Below are positions 29,331-38,761 of a stretch of 64,000 nucleotides of DNA, piece by piece. This DNA comes from Candidatus Zhuqueibacterota bacterium (lineage in GTDB: Bacteria > Zhuqueibacterota > Zhuqueibacteria > Thermofontimicrobiales > Sulfurfontimicrobiaceae): the NCBI GenBank assembly GCA_016927835.1, contig JAFGMA010000086.1, forward strand, positions 1,061 to 65,060. The letters are read 5' to 3'. A program made the translations under genes and the position numbers. Position 1 is the first letter of the stretch. Every line of letters starts with the position of its first letter. The notes under the pieces are model-generated. The model saw nothing but the letters and a program-made list of their open reading frames with translations, did no database searches and had not been told where the DNA came from.

Positions 29331-29387
29331 AAGCAACTGCGCACAAATAAATTTTTCCCAATCACCCCCAAAATCAGGAGGCGGAAA

Positions 29388-31424
29388 ATGAGAGGCATTT
29401 TATTCTGCCTGGCAATTTTACTCGCATTTTCAAGCATCGTTACAGCCGAAAGAAGACCAATTACAGTTGAAGATGTTTTCGCGATGGGACGAATCAGCGA
29501 TCCCCGGGTTTCGCCGGATGACAAATGGGTTGCCTATACACTCACGCGCTACTCAATGGAAACCAATGAAAGCAACAGCGATATTTGGCTGGTGCCACTA
29601 AACGGAGAGGATCCTCTGCCGCGGCAGCTCACGACAAGCCTGAAAAAGGATTATCATCCGCGTTGGAGTCCTGACGGTTCGAAGTTGGCGTTTATTTCCA
29701 CGCGCAACGGAGCGCCGCAAATTTTCGTCATTCCCATGCGGGGCGGCGAAGCAACCCAGATCAGCCAAATTTCCACCGGCGCGAGTAATCCTGTGTGGTC
29801 GCCGGATGGGCAGTTCATTGCGTTTGCTTCTGACGTGTATCCGGATTTGAAAACCGATGCCGAAAATCAGGCGAGAGAAAACCAGCGGGAGAATTCGCTG
29901 GTAAAAGCCAGGCTCATCGATCACTTGCTCTTTCGGCATTGGAATGCCTGGAAGGATGACAAGCGATCTCATATTTTTATCATCAAATCAGAAGGCGGCG
30001 AGGCGTGGGATGTAACGCCCGGTGATTTCGATGCACCGCCGATTTCGCTGGGCGGGGCACAGGATTATGCGTTCTCTCCTGATAGCAAACAGCTTGCATT
30101 CGTCCGCAATACCGACTCGATGGTTGCGATATCCACCAATAACGATATTTTCACTGTGCCGGTGACCGGAGGCGAAATCACGCGCATCACCACGAGCGCT
30201 GCCAATGATAACAATCCGGTGTATTCGCCAGACGGAAAATATCTCACCTGGCTCGCGATGGAAAGACCGGGTTTCGAAGCCGATCAGACCGACATTTTGC
30301 TGTATGATCGCGCATCCGGACAGCGAATCAATTTGACGACAAAATTTGACAGATCAGTCGATGAATTCATTTTCTCGGCTTCCGGGAAAAAAATATATTT
30401 CGTGGCATTTGACCAGGGACGAAAACGCATTTACGCGGTTCCGGTCAAAGGGGGGGATTGCGAGGTTATTATTGAGGAGCATGGTAACCAGAATATTAGC
30501 CTGACTCGCGATGAAAAAACCTTGATTTTTGCACGACAGGCGGTGAATGTGCCGTATGAACTATTCAAGGCGCGAGCCGATGGCAAGAAACCGCCGGTGC
30601 AACTGACATTCACTAATCTCGATCTGTTGAATCAATTAAAAATGTACCCGGTTGAAGATTTCTGGTTCGAAAGTTTCGACGGAAGAAATGTGCACGGATT
30701 GCTGGTGAAACCGCCGCAATTCGATCCGGATAAAACTTATCCGCTGATTTACCTCATCCATGGCGGTCCCCAGGGCGGATGGGCAGACGGATTTCACTAT
30801 CGCTGGAATGCCGAAATGTTTGCCGCGCCCGGGTATGTCGTGGCGATGGTCAATTTCAGGGGATCGAAGGGATATGGTCAGGACTTTTGCGATGCTGTGA
30901 GCAAAGATTGGGGCGGCGGACCGTATCAAGATTTAATTGCAGGACTGGATTATTTGCTGAATACTTTCGACTTCATAGATGAGAATAAAGTGGCAGCAGC
31001 CGGCGCCTCGTATGGCGGATATATGGTGAATTGGATAGCGGGACACACAGATCGATTTAAGGCGCTCGTTTCTCATGCCGGTGTTTTCGATCTACGTTCC
31101 AAGTATGGCGCAACCGAAGAGCTCTGGTTTCCCGAATGGGAATTCAATGGTACGCCGTACGAACACCCGGAACTCTATGAAAAATTTTCGCCTTCCTATT
31201 TCGTCAAAAATTTCAAAACACCCACCCTTGTGATTCACGGTCAAAACGACTTTCGTGTGCCGGTTACGCAGGGATTTCAAATGTTCACTGCTTTGCAGCG
31301 CTTGGGCGTGCCTTCGAGGCTGCTCTATTTTCCGGATGAAGATCATTTTATTCGGAAACCGCAAAATGCACGACTCTGGTGGAATACGGTGCATGAATGG
31401 CTCGCCAGATGGCTTGCAGAATAA
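29388..31424 (+). CDS. S9-family serine peptidase (prolyl oligopeptidase/DPP-like, TolB-type propeller)
   Basis: An AGGAGG RBS precedes the ATG at 29388 (MRGILFCLAILLAFSSIVTA signal). PD40-like repeats (SPDG..LAF) are present. The nucleophile elbow is GASYGGYM, with C-terminal Asp/His contexts (HGQNDFRV, DEDHF). Confidence 0.85.
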   Translation: MRGILFCLAILLAFSSIVTAERRPITVEDVFAMGRISDPRVSPDDKWVAYTLTRYSMETNESNSDIWLVPLNGEDPLPRQLTTSLKKDYHPRWSPDGSKLAFISTRNGAPQIFVIPMRGGEATQISQISTGASNPVWSPDGQFIAFASDVYPDLKTDAENQARENQRENSLVKARLIDHLLFRHWNAWKDDKRSHIFIIKSEGGEAWDVTPGDFDAPPISLGGAQDYAFSPDSKQLAFVRNTDSMVAISTNNDIFTVPVTGGEITRITTSAANDNNPVYSPDGKYLTWLAMERPGFEADQTDILLYDRASGQRINLTTKFDRSVDEFIFSASGKKIYFVAFDQGRKRIYAVPVKGGDCEVIIEEHGNQNISLTRDEKTLIFARQAVNVPYELFKARADGKKPPVQLTFTNLDLLNQLKMYPVEDFWFESFDGRNVHGLLVKPPQFDPDKTYPLIYLIHGGPQGGWADGFHYRWNAEMFAAPGYVVAMVNFRGSKGYGQDFCDAVSKDWGGGPYQDLIAGLDYLLNTFDFIDENKVAAAGASYGGYMVNWIAGHTDRFKALVSHAGVFDLRSKYGATEELWFPEWEFNGTPYEHPELYEKFSPSYFVKNFKTPTLVIHGQNDFRVPVTQGFQMFTALQRLGVPSRLLYFPDEDHFIRKPQNARLWWNTVHEWLARWLAE

Positions 31425-31432
31425 CCTGGCGC

Positions 31433-33520
31433 TCAGTCGGATTCTATTTTTCTGAAGCCCAGCTTGAAAGCCGGCGATGCATCCCTCAGCCGGTAGTCAT
31501 CATTTTCAGGCGCAATCAAAAGTGGATCCGCGTTCTCGGAATGCGGATCCCTTCCCTTCGCCTGCCATTCATCCCAACTCAACTCACCGAACCTGATTTC
31601 AGCGCCGTCGGTTCGAAAGTAAAGATTATTATCCAGCATGAAGTTAGCATCGTCCCAGTTGCCAGCCAGAACATTTCCTTCATTCCAATAAATAATATTT
31701 TTCATGAAAGTAAAACTCAGATGCGGTTCCTTTCGCGTTCGCTGGATCTGGGCATCGCGTCCATGAGCGAAAATATTATTGCGAATGATATTTTCTTTGC
31801 CGTAATGCTGGTGGAACCCGCCATGAGTCGTTCGATAAACGATGTTATTTTCAGCCAGGATGTGCGTGCTGCCTTCGTCGAAATAGATGCCCCAGCCACC
31901 GTAGTTATGGGCTGCAATATCATGGAATACATTGTTGCGAATCACGGTTCCCGGCTGAATGCCCAGAGTGTAAATGCCTCCCATATCGCTGAGCAGCGGA
32001 CCCTCGCCAGTGGTTCGAATTCCGATGTGGTGCACGTGATTGAATTCAACGAGATTGCCTTTTGCCAGGGTCGGCTTGTAACCCCAGGTCCAGCCCACCG
32101 AGATGCCGGTGTAATAGAAATCGTGTATGTGATTCCGAATGAGTTGATTATCGAAGCTCTGCCCGATCCACACGCCCACTGCCTGATGGTAAAAATACCC
32201 GCCGCTATGAATATGGCATTTGGCGATGACATTGCTGTGCGTTTGTTCCGCGGGAAGTTCGCGTTGGAGCGGTTTACCGATTTTTATGCCGCCCGCGCCC
32301 AGATCGGCAAATTCGCAGTTTGTAATCCGGTTGTTCTGGCATCCTCGCGACAGCTCGAGTGCATAGCTTCCCAGGTGGCGGAACGAGCACTTTTCGAAGC
32401 AGCATTGACGAATTCCTTCGGCGTAAACCGCACCCGGCACCGCAACCGCCGCCTGCAAATCGCCAATTTCATTCGATTCAGAAGGATAGAGCCATTCGGA
32501 ATGTTCAAATGCGATGCCTCTAAAATGAATGTGCTCAATGAATCGGTCGGTTTCCGGCTTCCCTTCAAAACTCAGGAGCCGGGAGAGTGCGGGTGCGATG
32601 GCGTCAGCCTGGTGCATTTCCTCATCCGGCAGTGGCATATAATACAGGATTCCGGTTTGGCGATTCAAATACCATTCGCCGGGCGTATCCAGGTGTTCGA
32701 AGACATTTTCAACGTAATACGGCGCAAATTTTTTCCGATCATGACCTTCGGTCATTCGCCGCCGGCTGCTTTTGCTGAAAGTGATGATTCTGCTTTTTTC
32801 ATCGACCGCGGCGATGGGCAGGCGCACATCGACCCAATAATGAAACAAGACGACTTCCATATCCGATAAATTTTCCCAATTGCGAATGTCGCTTTCAGCA
32901 AATTCGAACCGATTCTGCCCTTCATCGTACTTTGCATCCGGTGGCATGTCCGGCAGACCGGCGATGCGCAATAATCCTTTTGTGGGGTATCGCGCCCGGA
33001 ATCGTCTTTGCCCATTCACCCAGAGCTCCTTGAATACCCACTGATTCGCGCGAGCTTCAGGGAGATCAGCCATCCAGAGCGTTTTACCTTCAACGGAAGT
33101 TTGTCGCCAACCTGTGATGCGGCGCCCGCCGCTGATCACCGGGTGCTCTCCGGGATACGCCATAAAAATGACGGGACACGTTTTCGATCCCGAATCTCCC
33201 GGGCGGAAAATAAGAGGTGCTTCCTGAAAGTAATGTCCGTCATGTATTTGTACCGTAATCGAATCTGCTTTCAAGTCCTGCTGCTGTGTTTTAATTTCGC
33301 GGATAATTTCAAGCGCGCGTCTGATTGTGGCAAACGGTCCGTCGGTTTTTGATGCGTTGGGTGAACTCAACGTTCCCGACCAGCGGTCATTGCCATCCCG
33401 TGCGACGTAATAGACTACATCTGCACGAGCGTGGCTTTCCGGTTTTGAATGTGCGTTAGCCATGAGCATTATCCCAAGTATAATGATAAATCGTGTCGGG
33501 TGAATTATTCGATCTTTCAA
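31433..33520 (-). CDS. secreted right-handed parallel beta-helix repeat protein (pectate-lyase fold)
   Basis: YYVARDGNDRWSG opens the mature protein, followed by many N-x-(I/V) coil repeats (NNIVYRTTHGGFHQHYGKENIIRNNIFAHG). I prefer the TTG at 33520 (GGGAG RBS, MKDRIIHPTRFIIILGIMLMANA signal) to the track start at 33580. Confidence 0.78.
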   Translation of the reverse strand: MKDRIIHPTRFIIILGIMLMANAHSKPESHARADVVYYVARDGNDRWSGTLSSPNASKTDGPFATIRRALEIIREIKTQQQDLKADSITVQIHDGHYFQEAPLIFRPGDSGSKTCPVIFMAYPGEHPVISGGRRITGWRQTSVEGKTLWMADLPEARANQWVFKELWVNGQRRFRARYPTKGLLRIAGLPDMPPDAKYDEGQNRFEFAESDIRNWENLSDMEVVLFHYWVDVRLPIAAVDEKSRIITFSKSSRRRMTEGHDRKKFAPYYVENVFEHLDTPGEWYLNRQTGILYYMPLPDEEMHQADAIAPALSRLLSFEGKPETDRFIEHIHFRGIAFEHSEWLYPSESNEIGDLQAAVAVPGAVYAEGIRQCCFEKCSFRHLGSYALELSRGCQNNRITNCEFADLGAGGIKIGKPLQRELPAEQTHSNVIAKCHIHSGGYFYHQAVGVWIGQSFDNQLIRNHIHDFYYTGISVGWTWGYKPTLAKGNLVEFNHVHHIGIRTTGEGPLLSDMGGIYTLGIQPGTVIRNNVFHDIAAHNYGGWGIYFDEGSTHILAENNIVYRTTHGGFHQHYGKENIIRNNIFAHGRDAQIQRTRKEPHLSFTFMKNIIYWNEGNVLAGNWDDANFMLDNNLYFRTDGAEIRFGELSWDEWQAKGRDPHSENADPLLIAPENDDYRLRDASPAFKLGFRKIESD

Positions 33521-33728
33521 TTTTACTCCCTGACGTTTTTGATGGTCGATTAAATACTCAATGAGCAGGTATCGATCCAAACACCAGGTGATTCGTTTTG
33601 TTCGACGTTCGGGTGTCCGGACAGACGTTTCTTAAATCCCCCTTTTTTTTAAAATATAGAATTTTGTTAAAATCTGAGATACTCAATTAGCATTTGCCGC
33701 CAGGCTTAAATTCGCTCTTTGAATGCTA

Positions 33729-36182
33729 TCATTTCCAGGGAACCTGTAATCCTAATGCTTCAGGTGATTGAGGGATGTAATACAATTCAAATTCCCACCA
33801 GCTATAGCCGGTGCAGGGATAATCCGACAGATAGATGGTTGCCGTAAAATCATTTTCCGCCGAAGGTTGCTCCAGCACAAACGGGTGAAATGATCGCGAT
33901 TGGATATCCCGCGGAATAATTGTCACGGCTTCCGCAGGCAATGGTTTCAGGAAATTATGGCTCATTTCCTGAATGGGATCGTAGCGCAAATGCTTGACTT
34001 TCAGCGTATCGCCCTTGACTAAAATGAGATCACGACCGTCGACCCTGCCTCGCCAGTGCAGGAATTTTACAGCCTTCTCGCTGTGGATTTTTAGCGCATC
34101 GATATATTTTTCTTGCTCTCGCGCGATGATAAGATTAATTTCTTCGGGAGCCGGGGCATCGCGGAGCCGCTGCATCGCTGTCTCCGGATCTTCGAGCATC
34201 TGCTCGACATTTTTCAGCAGTTGCTCCATGCCAGCCAGCTCATAGTCGCATCCCGGCGTTTCCAGAAAGTCACTCATCGATTTTTTCAAATCCAGGGATC
34301 GATTGTAGAGCTGTTGCCGGCTAATGTCGGACGGTTGTTCCTGAAAAGCAAAATAGGCGAAAAAGGTTTTCACATAAAGCGTGTTGGTTTGAATGAGCAT
34401 CCGGGTGAGTTCGAGTGAATTTTCAATGCTGCCGGCTAGCTGCGCATCATCAATATCGTGTTTCAGGGTCTGGAATTTTTCGGTCATTTCAGTTGCCACG
34501 TTCAAGCCGTGGTCGAGATACATCAAGGTTTCCGTTAGCCAGGGTTTGCAGCGCAGATAAATTTGCCGCAGAAAATCGATGTGTTGCTTACCGCTATCGA
34601 GTCGCGGAAAGCCTTTTGCGCTAAAATTAGTTAGACGCAGATGCGGCAGCGATCTGAAATCACCGTAAGCTACAGGTTCAATGTAAATGCCATATTTATA
34701 GGCAACCGGTGACTGGAGCAGGATTTCTGCCATCCGATCCGCAACTTTCTCACCAAAATGCATCGCCGCCAGATCTCTGGCAATTGATTCGAGATCGTCA
34801 TAGGGATTCCATGACAGACGGGAGGCTGTATAGGCTGTAACAGTCTGTGTATCCCAGTCATCCGCGCGTGGCAAACCGAACATCGATCCTTTTAAATTAT
34901 TTGATTTTGGCATTAGAATGGTTTGCATTCCGCCCTGGTAATATTGCCCGGGAAAGCACGGAAATACAGCGTTACCTGTTCGCGCATGATAATCCAGCGT
35001 CGCCAGCAGCACTACCATGTCGTGCGGGGTTTGATTAAACGTCGGGTTATATGGCTGATGAAAGAAGCGATCTGTTTGGCTGAGATAGGGCGACAGGTAG
35101 AGCTTTTCGGTTGGCACCTCGTCCGTGAATATTTCTCTATACACCTGTGCCTGCGAATGTTGTTCATGAATGCTGGTGACCCAGGTGCGCTGGAAGTAAA
35201 TCTTATCGAACTCTCCGACGATAACCGTATGCATTTTTCGGACATAAGTACGGTAGCGTTTTGCCAGACTCCAGTCACAGTCTTCTCCCTCGTGCATAAC
35301 ATCGATGCCTTTAAAATTGCCGCCGATGCGAGTCGATTCACCGGTACGGATGCGGATGCCATCGAGTTCCGGCATAATTTGCAGTAAGCGGCGATATTTA
35401 GCTTGCACCACATCCCAGAAAAGCGGATCGGATGGTGTTGGCTTGGCTTTAAATTCCTCCATCAGTGACGGATGGTAACTGAATTCATCTTCATATACAA
35501 GCACTTTCAGATGCAACTGATGGGCGTAGTCAATGAATTCCCGAGCTTGTTCTCGATTCACCTCATTTTGCGAACGCTCAGGTTCTGCGTCCCAGGGCAC
35601 GAGCTGATTGACCGAGAATGGTGCTGTCACCCACGTAGCCCGATATCTCAGGGCATCACGCAAAGCTTCCTTGCTCCCTCCTCCGGCATAACGTATTTTT
35701 AGCCCGGGAATATGTTTGACCGAAATGTCGGGGATGCACCGTTTAATCCGCAACCGATCCCAGATCCAGTACAATCCGTATACATCACCTGAAACGGATC
35801 CCCCTGCACACAGCAGCACTTTTTTGCCATCGATGTTTGTGATGAGGATTTCATAACCCTGTGGATCTTCCATTTCAGACAATTCAATCAATCCTTCTTT
35901 GCAGAGCGACGCGGTTAAGGTATTATTTGCCGTATTACCCACGATGATCGAATTGGCAACCAGTTTTTTCGCATCGGAAACCAATTTCAACTCAATGCCG
36001 AATTGACTTGCGGTAGTCTTCAAATCTTCAACAGCAAGCTGCAATGCCCTGTCTTCAGCCTGTGTCTTGCTCATGAAAACGTGCCATTTGACGGGCTGCC
36101 CGAGCAGCACGCTGGCTATTAAAACCTGGAACAGCATGATGAAAAAGCCGAAAATGACTATTTTGGGATAAAGTATTACCAT
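33729..36182 (-). CDS. large secreted hypothetical protein, probably glycoside-hydrolase-like
   Basis: 817 aa with an N-terminal TM/signal segment and an AAGGA RBS. I recognise no diagnostic catalytic motif. The function call rests only on context and TIM-barrel-like composition. Confidence 0.65.
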   Translation of the reverse strand: MVILYPKIVIFGFFIMLFQVLIASVLLGQPVKWHVFMSKTQAEDRALQLAVEDLKTTASQFGIELKLVSDAKKLVANSIIVGNTANNTLTASLCKEGLIELSEMEDPQGYEILITNIDGKKVLLCAGGSVSGDVYGLYWIWDRLRIKRCIPDISVKHIPGLKIRYAGGGSKEALRDALRYRATWVTAPFSVNQLVPWDAEPERSQNEVNREQAREFIDYAHQLHLKVLVYEDEFSYHPSLMEEFKAKPTPSDPLFWDVVQAKYRRLLQIMPELDGIRIRTGESTRIGGNFKGIDVMHEGEDCDWSLAKRYRTYVRKMHTVIVGEFDKIYFQRTWVTSIHEQHSQAQVYREIFTDEVPTEKLYLSPYLSQTDRFFHQPYNPTFNQTPHDMVVLLATLDYHARTGNAVFPCFPGQYYQGGMQTILMPKSNNLKGSMFGLPRADDWDTQTVTAYTASRLSWNPYDDLESIARDLAAMHFGEKVADRMAEILLQSPVAYKYGIYIEPVAYGDFRSLPHLRLTNFSAKGFPRLDSGKQHIDFLRQIYLRCKPWLTETLMYLDHGLNVATEMTEKFQTLKHDIDDAQLAGSIENSLELTRMLIQTNTLYVKTFFAYFAFQEQPSDISRQQLYNRSLDLKKSMSDFLETPGCDYELAGMEQLLKNVEQMLEDPETAMQRLRDAPAPEEINLIIAREQEKYIDALKIHSEKAVKFLHWRGRVDGRDLILVKGDTLKVKHLRYDPIQEMSHNFLKPLPAEAVTIIPRDIQSRSFHPFVLEQPSAENDFTATIYLSDYPCTGYSWWEFELYYIPQSPEALGLQVPWK

Positions 36183-36353
36183 TTTTGAATCCTTTGCATT
36201 GGATAAGAGTTTTCGCCCAAACGCTGAATTGCGCTGGTTTTAGTTTATGCATCATAAACTATATTAACAAACCGAATAAAAGTCAAGTGAATTTTGTATT
36301 TCACGGGAATTGCCTTGATTCGCGCAATTGCCCCTGAGACAAGCCGCCCCAAT

Positions 36354-36385
36354 AAAAAAAGGGATACGTTTATGTATCCCTTTTT
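36354..36385 (-). terminator. bidirectional-looking intrinsic terminator after citrate synthase
   Basis: The sequence is A7-GGGATAC-gtttat-GTATCCC-T5. On the minus strand the hairpin is followed by T7. It lies 26 nt after the gltA stop. Confidence 0.65.
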
Positions 36386-36411
36386 CTCAATCAAATCATT
36401 GACAGCAATGG

Positions 36412-37716
36412 CTATTTGATGCCGGCAATTTCTTCGAGCATTGCCGTGGTCAGCGATTTGGGTCGTTCGATAGGATAACCCAGGGCACGATCCCAGACAA
36501 TATTCGCGCACACGCCGAGTGCACGACCTACGCCGAAGAGGACTGTATAGAAATCATATTCAGTCAAGCCATAATACCATTGAATGACGCCGGATTGTGC
36601 ATCGACGTTGGGCCATGGATTTTTGGCTTTGCCTTGTTCTTGAAGAATTGGCGGAGTGACTTTATAAAGCACATCGACATATTTGAAGATTAAATCGTCG
36701 GGAAGATGTTTCAGGCAGAATTCGCGTTGCGCCTGGTAGCGCGGATCTGTTTTGCGCAGCACCGCATGCCCGAATCCGGGGATAACCTGACCTGAGTTCA
36801 ACGTATCCCATACGAATTTCTTCATCTCTTCTTCAGTCGGAACTTTGCCGCCCATTTTGTCCATAACGCCCTGAATCCAACTCAGGACTTCCTGGTTAGC
36901 CAATCCGTGCAACGGTCCTGCTAATCCGTTTATCATGGCGCTGATGGCATAATAGATATCCGAGAGTGCGCTTGCGACAAGGTGCCCCGTATGTGCGCTG
37001 ACGTTCCCGCTTTCGTGATCGCTATGGAGAATGAAATACAAACGTGCGACATCGTCATAAGGTTTATCAATTCCCATCATGTGAGCAAAATTGCCACCTA
37101 AATCCAGTTTCGGATCAGCCGGAATGATCTTGTCGTTTTTATATTTCAGGCGATAAATGAAAGCAGCAATCGTCGGGAGTTTTGCCAACAGGTTCAGTGC
37201 ATCCTCGTAAGTGGGGTCCCAATAATCCATTTTGCTGATCCCGGCATTATACTTCTTGACGAATTCTGATTCGCGCTGCATCGCCACGATAGCGGCTGAG
37301 AACATCGCCATTGGATGGGAATCTTTTGGCAACGCACGGAGCATATCATAGACATATTTTGGTACTTCACGGCGCTTTTTGAATTCAGCCTCGACTTCTT
37401 TGACTTCGGCTTCAGTCGGGACATCGCCGGTTAGCAACAGGTGAAAGAATCCTTCAACGAACGGCATTTCACGTCCGGGCACTTTGGGTAGCGCTGCCAG
37501 AGTTTCCGGGATCGTGTAGCCGCGAAAACGAATTCCTTCGAAGGGGTCAAGATACGAAATATCTGTCGTAAGGCATTTTACGCCTCGCATTCCGCCAATC
37601 GTCTGTGCAATCGTTACCTCGCCCACTTTGACATCGCCATGTTCCTTCAACAGCTTGACCGTTCTCGGACGCCACTCTTCAATTTTTTTAAGTAATTTTT
37701 CTTTTAATGTCGCCAT
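36412..37716 (-). CDS. gltA: citrate synthase
   Basis: 434 aa. Motifs: GGMRG, HSDHESGNVSAHT and GFGHAVLRKTDPRY. An AGGAGG RBS is present. Confidence 0.93.
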   Translation of the reverse strand: MATLKEKLLKKIEEWRPRTVKLLKEHGDVKVGEVTIAQTIGGMRGVKCLTTDISYLDPFEGIRFRGYTIPETLAALPKVPGREMPFVEGFFHLLLTGDVPTEAEVKEVEAEFKKRREVPKYVYDMLRALPKDSHPMAMFSAAIVAMQRESEFVKKYNAGISKMDYWDPTYEDALNLLAKLPTIAAFIYRLKYKNDKIIPADPKLDLGGNFAHMMGIDKPYDDVARLYFILHSDHESGNVSAHTGHLVASALSDIYYAISAMINGLAGPLHGLANQEVLSWIQGVMDKMGGKVPTEEEMKKFVWDTLNSGQVIPGFGHAVLRKTDPRYQAQREFCLKHLPDDLIFKYVDVLYKVTPPILQEQGKAKNPWPNVDAQSGVIQWYYGLTEYDFYTVLFGVGRALGVCANIVWDRALGYPIERPKSLTTAMLEEIAGIK

Positions 37717-37817
37717 AACGCCTCCTTTAAATTAATTGGTTAAAACGCCCAGTCATTTTGCTGGTTTGGTTTTCTTTTAGAAGGTCACGCTTTTAGCAAT
37801 AAATTGAAACAGTTACG

Positions 37818-38201
37818 TCAGCCTGCTTTGCTCTGCAACGCTTGCGCAGCGCAAGTTAAAATTTCATCTCTTTTAATCGGTTTATTCAAATAGGAAAATG
37901 CGCCGGCTTCGAGAGCAGCGGTTTTCGAAGCTTGTTCGCCAAATGCGGTAATGATAATAACTTGCGCCGACTCGCATTCTTTTTTGATTTCGCGCGTCAG
38001 TTCGATACCATTTTTCCCGGGCATCATCAGATCCGCAATCACTAAATCAAAGGATTTTTGCTTAATCAACTGGCAGGCTTCAATGCCATTTGCAGCGCTT
38101 TTAACCTCGTATCCATTTTTTACAAATATCTTTGAAAGGGAAATTCGGAATTGTTCATCATCATCTGCAATTAAAACAATAAATTTCGATTTTTTTGCCA
38201 T
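37818..38201 (-). CDS. single-domain response regulator (CheY-like receiver)
   Basis: 127 aa. VLIADDDE, phospho-acceptor context DLVIADLMMPG and a conserved Lys region (LNKP). Confidence 0.85.
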   Translation of the reverse strand: MAKKSKFIVLIADDDEQFRISLSKIFVKNGYEVKSAANGIEACQLIKQKSFDLVIADLMMPGKNGIELTREIKKECESAQVIIITAFGEQASKTAALEAGAFSYLNKPIKRDEILTCAAQALQSKAG

Positions 38202-38418
38202 TTCGTAATGATGTTTTATGAAGGTCGATGCATTATTCTTTTTGGGAATGATACGTCAGGTTGCACGTCTAAATTATATACGTTACCTCGTAATTCTTTA
38301 ATTCAGCTTATTGAAGAAGGGTCAGGATTTTTTTCGAAATGCTGCGAATAACGGCTGACAGCGGTTATTTAATTACAGCACCTTGCGCAGTGTGTACTCC
38401 GCCATTTTATGTCCTTTT

Positions 38419-38434
38419 GACAAAAAGCGTGCCA
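38419..38434 (-). promoter_or_regulatory. weak candidate sigma-54 promoter upstream of the CheY-like gene
   Basis: The minus strand reads TGGCACG-CTTT-TTGTC. The -24 element is perfect and the spacing correct, but the -12 element is GT instead of the conserved GC. Confidence 0.22.
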
Positions 38435-38761
38435 ATGCAAAGTGATAGGTATAATTCTGGCGGAAGAAGGTCAGGTTTCTTTGTAAAGCCGGCGTATCGA
38501 TAGAACTGTCAATCCATCATTGGCATAAGCTTAATTATTATAATCGGTTAAATATCATACGAAAGGCTTAATTTATTCGAGAATATTTCAAAGAACCGGC
38601 TGCTTGAGCAGGACAGGCTTATGCGGCTTGATAATCACAATTAAATTCGCAGATAAATGATAGTCGAAGCGTTGAACCATTCTTAATTATAGGAATCTTG
38701 CTGGATTTGTTTCTCATTAATAGGAATATTCCGGTTCAGTTTACCAGGTGTATCGGAGTGA

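Noticed and set aside
29226-29387. The ORF track gives long N-terminal extensions for several genes (29226, 18426, 5790, 33580, 40213, 56908, 60449, 48315).
   Set aside because: In each case a downstream start has a clear GGAGG-type RBS or begins a signal peptide. The extension has no RBS and runs into the neighbouring gene or promoter region. The shorter models are used in the feature list.
27584-31424. The B12-radical SAM gene plus the adjacent S9 peptidase could be a RiPP-type maturation pair.
   Set aside because: No short precursor-like ORF lies in the 240 bp upstream or in the 130-bp gap. The rSAM has no SPASM-type extra Cys clusters visible. The peptidase has a signal peptide and its own TTGACA-17-TATATT promoter, so it is probably an independent periplasmic housekeeping enzyme.
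31397-32869. A 490-aa + strand ORF lies antisense to the beta-helix gene.
   Set aside because: It is exactly codon-aligned with the minus-strand gene (31433-31397 = 36). Its openness therefore only means the real gene uses no TTA, CTA or TCA codons over that stretch. The minus-strand product has clear beta-helix repeat motifs, a signal peptide and an RBS. The + product looks like reverse-translated repeats and has no RBS. The gene does look more GC-rich than its neighbours by eye, which might hint at foreign origin, but I could not quantify this.
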